From contig NC_043006.1 in the NCBI RefSeq assembly GCF_006345805.1, positions 16,988,001 through 17,052,000 on the forward strand: a stretch of 64,000 nt of DNA, written 5' to 3'. Below the pieces are notes generated by a model. That model searched no databases. It worked only from the letters and a program-made list of their open reading frames with translations, and had not been told where the DNA came from. A program made the position numbers and the translations under genes. The DNA is from Octopus sinensis. Taxonomy: Eukaryota. Below, piece after piece: positions 13,605 to 25,089 of this stretch (positions within the stretch are counted from its first letter, which is position 1; each line of letters begins with the position of its first letter).

Positions 13605-14105
13605 ATAAATGCGCCCTTTTAAAGCCTAGCCAGGCTCATGGACCTGGTTTCTATGGTGTATGTGTTCCCCAGCTGGAAGGAAGCCAGTCCATCGCAGCGT
13701 TACTCATTTTTTCTAGCTGAGTGGACTGGAGCAACGTGAAATGAAGTGTTTTGCTCAAGAACACAACACGTCACCAGGTCCAGGAATTGAAACTTCAATC
13801 TTACGATCATGGTGCTGACACCCTAACCACTAAGCTACATGCCTCCACTAAATAAATGTGCCCTTTTAAAGCCTAGCCAGGCTCATGGGCCCGGTTTCCT
13901 GGTTTCAATCGTGTACGTGTTCCCCAGCTGGACGGGACGCCAGTCCATCGCAGCATTACTTATTTTTTGCCAGCTGAGTGGACTTGAGCAACGTGAAATG
14001 AAGTGTTTTTCTCAAGAATACAACACGTTGCCTGATCCAGGAATTGAAACCACAATCTTATGATTACGATTCTGACACCCTAACCATTAAGCCACACGCC
14101 TCCAC
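13605..14105 (-). mobile_element. Head-to-tail tandem pair of family D SINEs
   Basis: Two similar copies of about 250 bp (about 13605-13847 and 13848-14105), each with a tRNA-like head and A-rich tail. Confidence 0.8.
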
Positions 14106-14954
14106 CTGTCGAAATATACTTTGTTTCAATCAATTTGTCATGATTAAGTTGGTACTTGGAACATGATCTAACATGAAATTTTGATGGAAGGTTTTACTTT
14201 AGATAACTGTAAACCAGGAAATTTATACTATAAAACCAGGGGTGATTGCTGACAGGTTGGAATACATTATTCAGGGATTTATTTTGTATTGCTTTGGTTT
14301 TTTTTCAATATTCACAGATACAAAAAGTAGTTGGTTCTTGATAGTCATCTTTGAATATATAAGGTTATAAATATAATTCATATTTTAAAAATATCACAAA
14401 TAGCAATGATTTTTCTGGACCTTCTCAGAGTGGCTAAAGCTTTGGCTATTTCTTTCTTGTATAGCTTTAGTAATTTGAAATTGTGCTGAAAGTTTTATGT
14501 TAGTAAAATTATGTTTGCCAATTTCTTAATTTGCCAATTACTAAATGCGTTCACTGTTAATTAATGAATCTCTTATTTGCTATTTCAGTTGGTTGCTACT
14601 ATCACAGTTTTCCCCTCACAGCTTTGTAATTTATTTAGTGATCTCAAGCCAATAAGGGAGACTCTACATGATCACTTATCTGCTAGAAATAGCTGCCAAA
14701 TCTCTCTCTCAAATCATATCTTACTGTTTTATATTTACAGAAGTACATTGGATGAGGTGGAAGGCCTTTGATGTTAGGTATGGACAATGAACAGCAATAC
14801 TGCACCTTGCAATAAAACAGATGTGGTACTGGACAACAAGTTAATGCCTGTAGGGTTACATCTGTATAAATATTTATTTGCAGGTCTGGGTAGAATCATT
14901 AGTTCTGCATATCTCAAGTCTTCAAGCTATAGAGAATAGGTGCCAGATTAACAT

Positions 14955-15362
14955 GTTGAGAAGCTTGCTACCCAACCATATGGTCTCGGGTTCAGGTTCA
15001 GTCCCACTGCACAGCACCTTAGGCAAGTGTCTTCTACTCTACCCCTGGGTTGACCAAAGCCTTGTGAGTAAATTTGATAAACTGAATGAAACTGATCATG
15101 TGCATGTTGTGTGTATGCGTATGCTCTTGTCTTGACATCACATAAAGGCTGTAAATGAGCATCATCATTATACAAGCAATGTTGTTTGTTTCCAGTCTTC
15201 TGCAAAAACATGTCTGGCCAAGGGAAATATTATCCTATTTGGAAACAGGTAAGGAGAGGCAACAACAAAGGCATCCACCTATAAAAATATCTGTCTCACC
15301 AAGTTCCATCTGACCAATGCAAGCATGGAAAAGTAGATATTAAATGATGAAGGATGATGATG
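14955..15362 (+). mobile_element. SINE family C-headed element, degenerate
   Basis: Head ...ggttcagtcccactgcacagcaccttaggcaagtgtcttctact; (GAT)n tail. Confidence 0.65.
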
Positions 15363-15909
15363 AAACAAATATCCATATGTTTAATGCTATTGAATCTACC
15401 ATATTTATCTGTCAGGACAGATTCATTAAATATTCCTCAGATAATTGTTTCTTTCTAATTATGTTAGCTTCTAAAAATTTGAATTTATAGCAAAATTTAC
15501 TTTCAGTTTATGTCCCAAGATTTCAATTACAAATATACATCAAAAGTGATACTGCTTTTTGATTTATTAACCATACAAATACCTCATACAATTAGTTGTG
15601 ATAAACTGACCTGAAGTTCTCTTCATTAGAATGTAATTAACCCAAAATTTACAGATAATGAAAAGCCAGCAGATTTTCTTCTATATCCTTTGCACAAGTT
15701 TTTATAAATCATTTGAAGTATAATATTAGTCTCTTAGTCCAAATGTAAATTCAATAAAGAAAAATACATTTTCATCCTAAAGCCTACCAGTGGTCAATTC
15801 ATTTTTCTTTAAAAAAAAAACAACTATAAAATGTCATTTGTATACTAGGTTTCACTGTGTTTATAAAGTAGAAAATTCATTTTATTAAATATTTTTAAAA
15901 ATTACATAA

Positions 15910-16187
15910 AGTTGCCAGCGCTGCCCCGACTGGCCTCGTGCCGGTGGCACGTAAAAAGCACCATCCGTCCGTGGCCGTTTGCCAGCTTCGTCTGGCACCT
16001 GTGTAGGTGGCACGTAAAAAACACCCACTACACTCACGGAGTGGTTGGCGTTAGGAAGGGCATCCAGCCGTAGAAACACTGCCAGATCAGACTGGGCCTG
16101 ATGCAGCCTTCTGGCTTCACAGACCCCAGTTGAACCGTCCAACCCATGCTAGCATGGAAAACGGACGCTAAACGATGATGATGATGA
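15910..16187 (+). mobile_element. SINE family B
   Basis: Internal GTGGCACGTAAAAAGCACC units and (GAT)n tail. Confidence 0.8.
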
Positions 16188-16304
16188 CCTTCTTCAGTAC
16201 AACTTAAAAAATTGTATTTTTAGCAAAAAAGAGGTCCCCCACTGCTATCTATTGTGTTGATAGTGACTGTGGTGGCAGCAGTAATAAATTGCATCAATAC
16301 TCAC

Positions 16305-16431
16305 TTCTAATATGATTGTCATTTGTCAAAGAATCCCTCTCTTCCTTTTGACTCTGTAAGTTGGCTGACTGCCATTGCATCTCACTTTGCAGTTGATGCA
16401 CTCGCAGCAACAGCTCTTCTTTTTCAGACAG
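16305..16431 (-). CDS. UVRAG: UVRAG coding exon (coiled coil), LSEKEELLLRVHQLQSEMQWQSANLQSQKEERDSLTNDNHIR
   Basis: Long pyrimidine tract ending caacag, donor gtgagt; 127 nt, phase 0 to 1; heptad-like composition. Confidence 0.9.
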
Positions 16432-16627
16432 CTGTTGAAGAGAAAAGAAATAAAATCCGTTTCATTAACATTATTTCTGATGATTTACTTCTTAAGCCAT
16501 TAATTGCAATATTTCTCTTGAGATATACCAATTTTGAAAATAATGAAGAATTTAGGAAAATAATTTTGTCATTATTAAACTAGTGTTTGGAACTTGAATT
16601 TACATAAAATTTTGATGGAAGGTTTGA

Positions 16628-16938
16628 TCCCTGTGCCGGTGGCACGTAAAAAGCACCATTCGAATGTGGCCGATGCCAGCGCCGCCTTGACTGGCTTCCG
16701 TGCTGGTGGCATGTAAAAAGCACCAACCGATCGTGGCCATTGCCAGCCTCGCCTGGCACGTAAAAAGCACCCACTACACTCATGGAGTGGTTGGCATTAG
16801 GAAGGGCATCCAGCTGTAGAAACACTGCCAGATCAGACTGGAGCCTGGTGGAGCCTTCAGGCTTCCCAGACCCCGGTCGAACCGTCCAACCCATACTAGC
16901 ATGGAAAGCGGACGTTAAACGATGATGATGATGATGAT
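16628..16938 (+). mobile_element. SINE family B nested in a MITE
   Basis: Three GGCACGTAAAAAGCACC-type units and (GAT)n tail. Confidence 0.8.
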
Positions 16939-17103
16939 CACTTTAAAACAAAAAAGGTTCTACCAATCATAAATCTAGGGGTGGTCTCAAGAAGGTTGGT
17001 ATCAAAAGATTTGAGACAGTGATTAGAATATTGAACAAGCAACTTGTGTATTGAGAATTCAGGCAAAACTCGCAAAAATATAAGTTTTTTTCACAAATCG
17101 TAC

Positions 17104-17209
17104 CTTTTTATTCCTCTCCTTTGATGCTTGAAGTTGTTGTTGAATATCATGTCGCAGTCTTTTGGCGGATGCTTTGTTTTGTCTGATAGCACGCAGTATT
17201 GTATTGATT
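17104..17209 (-). CDS. UVRAG: UVRAG coding exon (coiled coil), (R)INTILRAIRQNKASAKRLRHDIQQQLQASKERNKK
   Basis: Acceptor tctttgttccag and donor gtacga; 106 nt, phase 2 to 0. Aligns with [27 protein letters not shown]. Confidence 0.9.
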
Positions 17210-17759
17210 CTGGAACAAAGACCAAACAACAACAACAATAATTAATGATTTCAAATTTTGGCACAATACCAACAATTTTGTGGAAGGGGTAAGTTGATTG
17301 TGTCGACCCCAGTACTCAACTGGTACTGATTTTATTGACTCCAGAATGATGAAAGGTAAAGTTGACCCAAGCAGAATTTGAACTCCACAACGTGAAGATG
17401 AATGAAATGCTACCAAGCATTTTGCCTGGCATGCTAATGATTCTGTCAGCAGCAGCAGCCACCGCCACCACTACCACCACCAACAACAATCCTTTCTACT
17501 AAAGGCATGAGACCTGAAATTTGGTGGGAGGAAACTAGTTGATTACATCAACCCCCAGTGTTTCACTGGTACTTAATTTATCAGTCGGCCTAAGCAAAAT
17601 TTGAACTCAGAACGTAAGGACAGACGAAATACTGCTAAGCATTTTGCCAGGCATGCTAACGATTCTGCCAGCTTGCTGCCTTAATAATTATAATAATAAT
17701 GATGATGATGATGATGGTGATGAGAATAGCTTCAATAACAATTTTCCCATCCCTTGACA

Positions 17760-19200
17760 CAGTACCACAATTTTGTACAAATGGAGTGGAGTCAACTGAA
17801 CTGGCAAAGTAGAGATATGAAACTTTATACTGTTAAGCATTTGGTTCATCATTTTAACATTTTTAATAAAACGTTGGGCAAAATCTTAATCTCTGCATTC
17901 AGCAGAGTTATGGACCAGAATTTATCAATATCACTCTCATTTCTTTTCTTCCTCAATACCACCACTTCCCTGCTCACACAGCTGGGAATGTCCCCAATCT
18001 GTTACCTGTTGCAACATATATAAGTTAAGAGAGAAGTCAATAAATTTGCCATGTATCCATTGGACAAACTGGCCAATGAAAGTAATTTGCTTCTCACACA
18101 ACAACTCACAGCTGTTGCTTTTTTTTTTCATGACAGTCCAGCTTTTTGCCAAGTGTCACAACAGGCCATCAAGGTAGACATTTAAGTATTATCCTTAGGT
18201 CATTACAACACTGAAAACAGTTGAGAAAACTGAAAAGTGAAGCTGGAAAACCACTGCCTACCTGGATTTGACAAACCATGAAGGGTATACTTTTTTGTGG
18301 AACAATCAAATGGTTTTGTGCTCCAATGTCTAAGAGATCTGACAATGCAATCTTCATATTTCATTTCAAAGAAGTAATTGAGTATCATTTTGTCTGTTGG
18401 CACATCTACGATGCCTTTGCTGATTGCCTCTTATATTCTGCTAACTAGCCCCATCCCTGTAATCTATTGCTTTCTAGTATTACTTCTTTACTTTATCAGT
18501 TTTACTCTAATGGCTCACTTCAGAGAATGCCACTACCAGTTGTTTACAATCACTCATCAACTCCAGTTTAACTACATTAGTAATCCAGTTACTGTAGGCT
18601 TTCCAGGCAGGGAATGACACATTCAGCTTCCAACAATCTGGCTCCTGTCTAAGAATTTTATATAGGCCATCTGTGTAGACGACAAACTTGCGATTTGTGC
18701 AACTGACCACCTGACATCATGGATGTCTTATGTTATACCTATCCACTAACCTAATGAATATTGATTTAGATTCGATCAGAAAGTGACAGTATGGTTTATC
18801 TATGTTTACAATGGCATGTTAAAAAAAATCCAGTGGGTACCCACCAGACAGCTGGAACTGGGTGAGTAGACTTGTAATGTCTTCACTCACATCTATCAGA
18901 TAGTCCAATATAATTCCAGTGTGTGTCCAAGATGCCATTCTAATAACCCACTAGTATTTATGAGTGGGACATTACAAGAATGTCTCTAGATGCCTGAAGA
19001 AGTCACATAGAGACCTAACTGGTCAGTAGCCTGAATTGTCGCTTTGCTGTTAAATTCAGGATTCTTGATTTACCACCAAAAACCAAGAAGATTGTCTATA
19101 CTTTGAGATGCAGACCTTTCCGGAACAATATTAGCACTCCACTTGAACTAGGCCTGTGTACACTTTACAGTCATTGACAAGCATGAATGACTGAAAACAA
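17760..19200 (-). pseudogene. Decayed L1/Tx1-like LINE ORF2 fragment (endonuclease to start of RT)
   Basis: SSGVLILFRKGLHLKV, ITNVVKLELMSDCKQLVV, GDIPSCVSREVVVLRK, FWSITLLNAEIKIL (compare NFRPITLLNxDYKIL); many stops and frameshifts. Confidence 0.7.
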
Positions 19201-19802
19201 GATATCCTGGTCTCATTATTACATTGAAACACGATCTTAGCTTAAGTGACCTTGTTTCCAAGCTAGCTCCAGGTCACATGAGATGTTGTTGCTACTGTTG
19301 TAGATGCTAAAGTTCTACTACTGATCTCCTTGTCACTACTGTCACCAGCACCCTCTTCAACATAACTCGCACAGGGATTGTTGGTGAAGTGTAACGTAGC
19401 AGGGTCAGCAGTTGTAACGTTACAGTCAATGTCACATGCCGATGAAGTAAGATGGAGGTGGGAAAGTCACATGTTTTCTGCCTCCTGTTTAACCGAAGTG
19501 AGACACTCTATTTCCCTGTTCATTTTGCCTCTCACTTTTCCATTTTTATTGCTTTTAAATACAAGTGCCACCATATCTAAAACATATCTCTTTTAAAAAT
19601 CATTTCTGCAATTAGAAAACAAAAACACGACACCAAAAAAAGGGGCTAGAAAAACTAGCAGCCAAGTGCTGAGTTGGGTAGGAATCAGTTGATTATACCA
19701 ACTCCAATACTTGACTAGTACTTATTTCATTGAACTTGGACTGTAAAGGGATGAACTAAATATTAAAATATTTGGTTTGAGGCTCTATCAATTCTTTTTT
19801 TA

Positions 19803-20025
19803 ATTTTTATTGCCCACAAGGGGCTACACACAGAGGGGACAAACAAGGACAGACAAACAGATTAAGTCGATTATATCGATCCCAGTGCGTAACTGGTACT
19901 TATTTAACCGACCCCGAAAGGATGAAAGGCAAAGTTGACCTCGGCGGAATTTGAACTCAGAATGTAGCGGCAGACGAAATACCGCTAAACATTTCATCCG
20001 GCGTGCTAACATTTCTGCCAGCTCT
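19803..20025 (-). mobile_element. SINE family A
   Basis: Close copy of 1112-1340. Confidence 0.85.
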
Positions 20026-20231
20026 ATCAATTCTGCCAATAAAATATCTCATTTTTGATGAACTATCTTATTTTGAATTTCTATAAATACCAGTTTCTAA
20101 TATGAACACACAAAGCTGTGGGGCAAAATTAAAAGTGAAGGAAAATGGGCGTCGATTTGGCCTGCATGTGGATTACTTTATTCCAATAATTTTCCTAGAG
20201 ATAATAGTTTTGCATACGAATTTAAACTTAC

Positions 20232-20326
20232 CTCGTTAGAGAACTGTGTCCATACGAAAATATGAGATTGGAATGTTCTGTTTGATAAAATGAACGAGAA
20301 ATATCTCTAGGGAATTTAGTACATTT
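20232..20326 (-). CDS. UVRAG: UVRAG coding exon, KCTKFPRDISRSFYQTEHSNLIFSYGHSSLT(R)
   Basis: Acceptor ttcttatttcag and donor gtaagt; 95 nt, phase 0 to 2. Ends like UVRAG SYDVFSLLR. Confidence 0.87.
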
Positions 20327-21399
20327 CTGAAATAAGAAATTAAACATGTAATTAATGAATATATAAGATAAATGTGAGAATAAGAAATACAACTTACAAT
20401 GAAAATATAAGCAAGAAGGCAATTGAAAACCAGTCTAGTTAAAATTAAAAGTTTAGATACAAAATACAGAGAGAAATAAATATAAATTTGTATACAAAGA
20501 TTAAAGAAAAATTTTTTAAAACAGGTTTCTCTACTTTCTATGGTTTTATATCTATGTTTTTATTCTAATAAGAGCAACGGCTCTAGTATAAAGTGGTGTG
20601 CTTGCAATGGTGATTTTTTTTTTTTATCAGTTGATCCTTTGCAGAAGGATCTTGCATTCATCTGCCATAACACTAAGACTATTCTGCAGCCACTTATAGT
20701 TGACTGCAGGAAGGCAGTGTCACTCTAGGAAAGCTCAAAGTAGGTGAGAAGAAGATCAAATGTCAAACTGAATGGTGAAGTGGTGGGAATTGAAGAACAT
20801 ATGAAAAAAAAAAAAAAAGAGTGGAAAGAACACCAAATATTTAGAAATATCAAATCAGACAGAACTGCAATGGACTGTGTGTGTGTGACAAGTATAAATT
20901 GGATTAGTGTATACAGGGTGATTTTTGTATGGCACAAGCACTAGTAAAGTTGCTATGCAACTTGCAAAACTATGATCCCATGGAGAGGTGGCATTATGCT
21001 AAGAGATGTGTGGTTAAAGTATGAGAACATGTTGGAGCAGATTAGGTTTCTTGTTGGAGAGGAGAAATATAAGCCTTGAAAGAACCCTGTTGTGTATATG
21101 TATGTATGTGTGTGTGTGGTTCAAAGGTACAGAAAACAAAAGACAAAGACAGGTGAAGGAACAACAAGCAGGTGTATTAGTTTGATGAATCCATTCAAAA
21201 AGCTCTAGTTGGTCCGGGGCATTTGCCCAAGGTGACATGTAGTGGGACTAAACCTGGAACCACATGGTGAACTTCTGAACCACACAGCCACGCTTACATC
21301 TATTAATTAGACTTTCCCACATTAGTTCATGAACACAAGTTATGTAGGCCTAAATAATTAATAGTGACAGAAACAGCTTTAATACCAAAAGGTAATATG

Positions 21400-21662
21400 T
21401 ATCCCCTCTTAAAAGGGGATGTAGTGTAAGAATAAAGAATACTGCGATAGTTACCATGAGAGAACCTTTCCTATGGTCTTTTGGTGCATATAAACACTCT
21501 CGTTTATACTGCCAGCAGGAGATAAATCAACTGCCATTGCCACTCCACTAACGATATAAACAAGAGTGGTTATATGCCCAAAAGACCGTATGAGAGATTC
21601 TCTCAAGGTAACTATCGCAGTGTTCTCTCTTCTAACACAACATCCACTTTTAAGTGGGGATA
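21400..21662. mobile_element. Foldback / long-TIR MITE
   Basis: Imperfect inverted arms of about 110 bp (tatcccctcttaaaaggggatg... and ...catccacttttaagtggggata) around a loop of about 45 nt. Confidence 0.75.
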
Positions 21663-21774
21663 AATATTACCTTTTATGTAAGTCTATTTTAATATGAGGG
21701 AGATAAAGGAAAATATGCATCAATAAAGAGTGAAGGCCTCCTATGCACATTTAGTAATTAAATTATAAACTCAC

Positions 21775-21867
21775 TTCTAATTCTTCTTCTGTTGGTGCAA
21801 CAAAGAAATGGTGAAACATGCCAAACACGAGGCTGTTTGGAGGGAACCGGATTCCATCTTTCATAGT
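21775..21867 (-). CDS. UVRAG: UVRAG coding exon, TMKDGIRFPPNSLVFGMFHHFFVAPTEEELE
   Basis: Acceptor tgtcttttgtag and donor gtgagt; 93 nt, phase 0 to 0. Aligns with NQNEIIFGLNDGYYGAP. Confidence 0.88.
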
Positions 21868-22394
21868 CTACAAAAGACAAACAGAAAAAACAAATTTTAC
21901 ACTAGAAACAATTTCATAAATACTATTTATTAACTGGAAACCTTATACTGGTTAGTTGAAAAACAAAACATTCCTTATTAAAATTAATAGGTTCATACAT
22001 CAATATAATAGTTTTCTATTTTAAAAGCATACAAACATCAGCCTTAATATTTTTCATTTTTATCATGAGTGAATTCACAGAGTCATGAGTGCATTGGATA
22101 AAAAATGCTTTGCCAGTAAGTATATGCATTCTGAGTTCAAATGAAGACAAGGTTAACTTTACTTTCATCTTTCTGGGGATTGATAAAATAAAGTACCAGT
22201 AAAATACCACTTAGCTACACACCTTCATCCCAAAATATCAAAGGTTAAGCTGGCCACAGAAAAATTTGAACACCTATATATGAGGTTCCCAACCACTGGG
22301 TTATGGATCATTTGGCACCAGGCCACATAAAGTATAAATTAAAAAAATTTATTTATATTTTATTGACTATCACAGTCTGTAAGGTGTTTTTACA

Positions 22395-22590
22395 TCATCA
22401 TCATCATTTAACGTCCGCTTTCCATGCTAGCATGGGTTGGACGATTTGACTGAGGTATGGTGAACCAGACTCCAATCTGATCTGGCAGAGTTTCTACAGC
22501 TGGATGCCCTTCCTAACGCCAACCACTCTGAGAGTGTAGTGGGTGCTTTTACATGCCACCAGCACGAGGGCCATTTTGGTGGTACTGGCA
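22395..22590 (-). mobile_element. SINE family B, followed by (TA)n
   Basis: catcatcatttaacgtccgctttccatgctagcatggg... (reverse of the family B 3' end). Confidence 0.8.
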
Positions 22591-22594
22591 ACAT

Positions 22595-22625
<31 letters not shown>

Positions 22626-23111
22626 ATATATATTAACTATTTAGCTGTGTTTTGTTATGTGTATGCGTCTCTAGTTTGAGGGAAAAAAATGTCTTGCATG
22701 AAACCAGTCTATGGAGCAAAAAAGATTGGGGACTGTCGACCTATATCATTATCAATAACCATTTCTAACATAAGCACAAGGTTACAAATTTTAGTGGTGG
22801 GTGGTTGGGTAAGTAAATTAAATTGACCCCAAAACTTAACTGGTACTTAATTTTATCCACTCCAGAAGTAAAAAAGGTAAATCTGACTTCGGCAGGATTT
22901 GAACTCAGAGCATAAGGAGTTGGGTGAGCTGTAATTGAATACTGCAAAGTATTTTGTCCAATCCTCAATGAACTTTGCCAATCTGCTTCTGTAATATCAT
23001 TACTGATAATATAACCAAATCGTCTTAGCATAATTTACATATACGGAAATGAAAATCTTTTGAGAAAAAAAAATATTAAAAAACTTAAAAACAAAGATGA
23101 AATCAACTTAC

Positions 23112-23206
23112 TTTTGTATCCTGCAGGTGAAGACAGGATAAAAACACTTCCCATTCTAAGAAAAGTTTGAAGACATCATGACCAACCCAAACCCTAACTA
23201 GCAATG
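23112..23206 (-). CDS. UVRAG: UVRAG coding exon, (S)LLVRVWVGHDVFKLFLEWEVFLSCLHLQDTK
   Basis: Acceptor ctctcactag and donor gtaagt; 95 nt, phase 1 to 0. Matches CFVVKIWGG..YQLLIEWKVCL. Confidence 0.92.
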
Positions 23207-23215
23207 CTAGTGAGA

Positions 23216-23224
23216 GTTAAAGAA
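23216..23224 (-). promoter_or_regulatory. U12-type branch site TTCTTTAAC
   Basis: One mismatch to the consensus TTCCTTAAC; 9 nt separate it from the exon start (tctcactag). Confidence 0.75.
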
Positions 23225-23669
23225 AACTTTAAAGCAAGATTTCAAAACCAGGAAGAATAGAAATTAAGCATTTTACTGTGAGGTTAGAAAGAAAAGAAAG
23301 ATAGTGGGTTATCTATAAATCCCATAGGAATTTACAATAAAATGTTGCAGCACACACATTCATAATATCTATACATGTATAAAACTTACAATAGGCTTTG
23401 GCCAATAATGGCCAAAGCCTTGCTTAAACAGCACCACATGGAGTAGCCTTTTAAGTCAAATTGTGTGTGGGTCTCCAGAAATGGACTGTGCCTAAAATAT
23501 CAGAGCTTACTCTTCATTGCAGTACATACTCTCATCAAATTTTATACATTTTATTAACTTTTTGTTTTCTTGGACAACATTTTCCCCCCTTAACATTTCT
23601 AATATTACAACTAACACAATCATTTCAGCAAAGAGATACACTTTATTTCAGTCCTAATGACATGTTTAA

Positions 23670-23890
23670 CCCTTTAGCATTTAAACCAGCTATATCCGGC
23701 CCAAATATTCTATCTGTTTTATGATCAACTTGGTTAGATCTAGCCTCTTACACATTAGTTGACAATGTCATTCTAAAAATAAACAATCACACCATCAAAT
23801 TCTCAAAGCTATGAAACACTGCATGATGTCTTTAAAAGAATCTGAATAAATAAGCATTACATTTGACAGAATAATCTGAATGCTAAAGGG
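23670..23890. mobile_element. piggyBac-like MITE
   Basis: TTAA|CCCTTTAGCAT...ATGCTAAAGGG|TTAA termini. Confidence 0.75.
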
Positions 23891-23923
23891 TTAATGAAGG
23901 CATAGCATCTATCCGACACGAAT

Positions 23924-24375
23924 CATCATCATCATCATCGTTTAGCATCTGCTTTCCATGCTAGCATGGGTTGGACGGTTCAACTGGGGTCTGGGAAGCC
24001 AGAAGGCTGCACCAGGCCCAGTCTGATCTGGCAATGTTTCTACGGCTGGATGCCCTTCCTAATGCCAATGACTCCGTGAGTTTAGTGCGTGCTTTTTACG
24101 TGCCAGACGAGGCTGGCAAACGGCCACAATCGGATGGTGCTTTTTACGTGCCACCGGCACAGGGGCCAGGCAAGGCTGGCAATGGCCACGATAGGATGGT
24201 GCTTTTTACGTGCCACCAGCACGAGGTCAGTCGCGGCGGCACTGGCAACGGCCACGTTCGGATGGTTCTCTTACGTATCACCGGCACTGGTATCATAGCT
24301 GCAATTTGCATTGATGTTGATCAATTTCGATTTTGGATTTTCACTTGCCTCAACAGGTCTTCACAAGTAGAGTTT
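23924..24375 (-). mobile_element. SINE family B (long copy, several internal units)
   Basis: (CAT)n tail on the plus strand; repeated GTGCTTTTTACGTGCC units. Confidence 0.8.
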
Positions 24376-25079
24376 TGTGTCCCAAATAAATACAAAATAA
24401 TGAGCTACTGGCCAGCCACATGGCAATGATTCCAAACCTTACTTAGATTGCTTGCATGGTCTAATGGTTAAGCACAAACTTGAATGAATAAGCTATTACC
24501 ATCTTGGCTGAAGTGTCATAATTCCTATTTCATTGCTGTGTTCTAGGACAGGGCCAGCTTTAGGCATAGTGAAGTTTCCAGCTAAGAGGTTCTGTAGAGA
24601 CCCTATTAAGAAATTGTTAACAGAGAACTGAGTTGTATAATAACTAAACTGAGTAAGAATGCAGCCAAGATTATAACAGATCCAAGCAAAATAAGAGTGT
24701 TACACTTCTCAAATGCTTAATTATAAAATAACAAAAAATCCTTTAAACTGCAAAACTAATATTCCTGTATTTTTTTTAATATTTAGGATTAATCTTTTAA
24801 TGTTAATTGTTCCTAATAAAGTTAAATCATTATGAATAATGAAACTCTGACAAATGGTAAAAAATTTTTTAAATCCATATTTTGAGAGATTTTAAGCTGT
24901 AGCTTATTTAATGAATGTCTAAATCTAGCCATGGTTCTCACTAAAACAGTGAATATATCTTACTCAACTTCCTGGTATCATAGCACTTAAATTTGAAGAT
25001 AATTATTCAACACTTACTGGAATTAGCAAATAGCAGCATAGCTTGAGTCAAATCCTGTTTGATGAGAAACCTAATTTGG

Positions 25080-25089
25080 AAAAGGATAC
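25080..25089 (-). promoter_or_regulatory. U12-type 5' splice site GTATCCTTTT
   Basis: Matches the minor-spliceosome donor consensus RTATCCTTT exactly, at the position protein homology and phase require. Confidence 0.85.

Noticed and set aside
23971-24429. 152-aa ORF and similar MDGST.../LDALPNANHS ORFs at 12701, 15885, 16580, 37654 and 56033; CRISPR-like repeat-spacer look
   Set aside because: All are translations of family B SINE copies. Eukaryotic context, degenerate repeats, related spacers and no cas genes.
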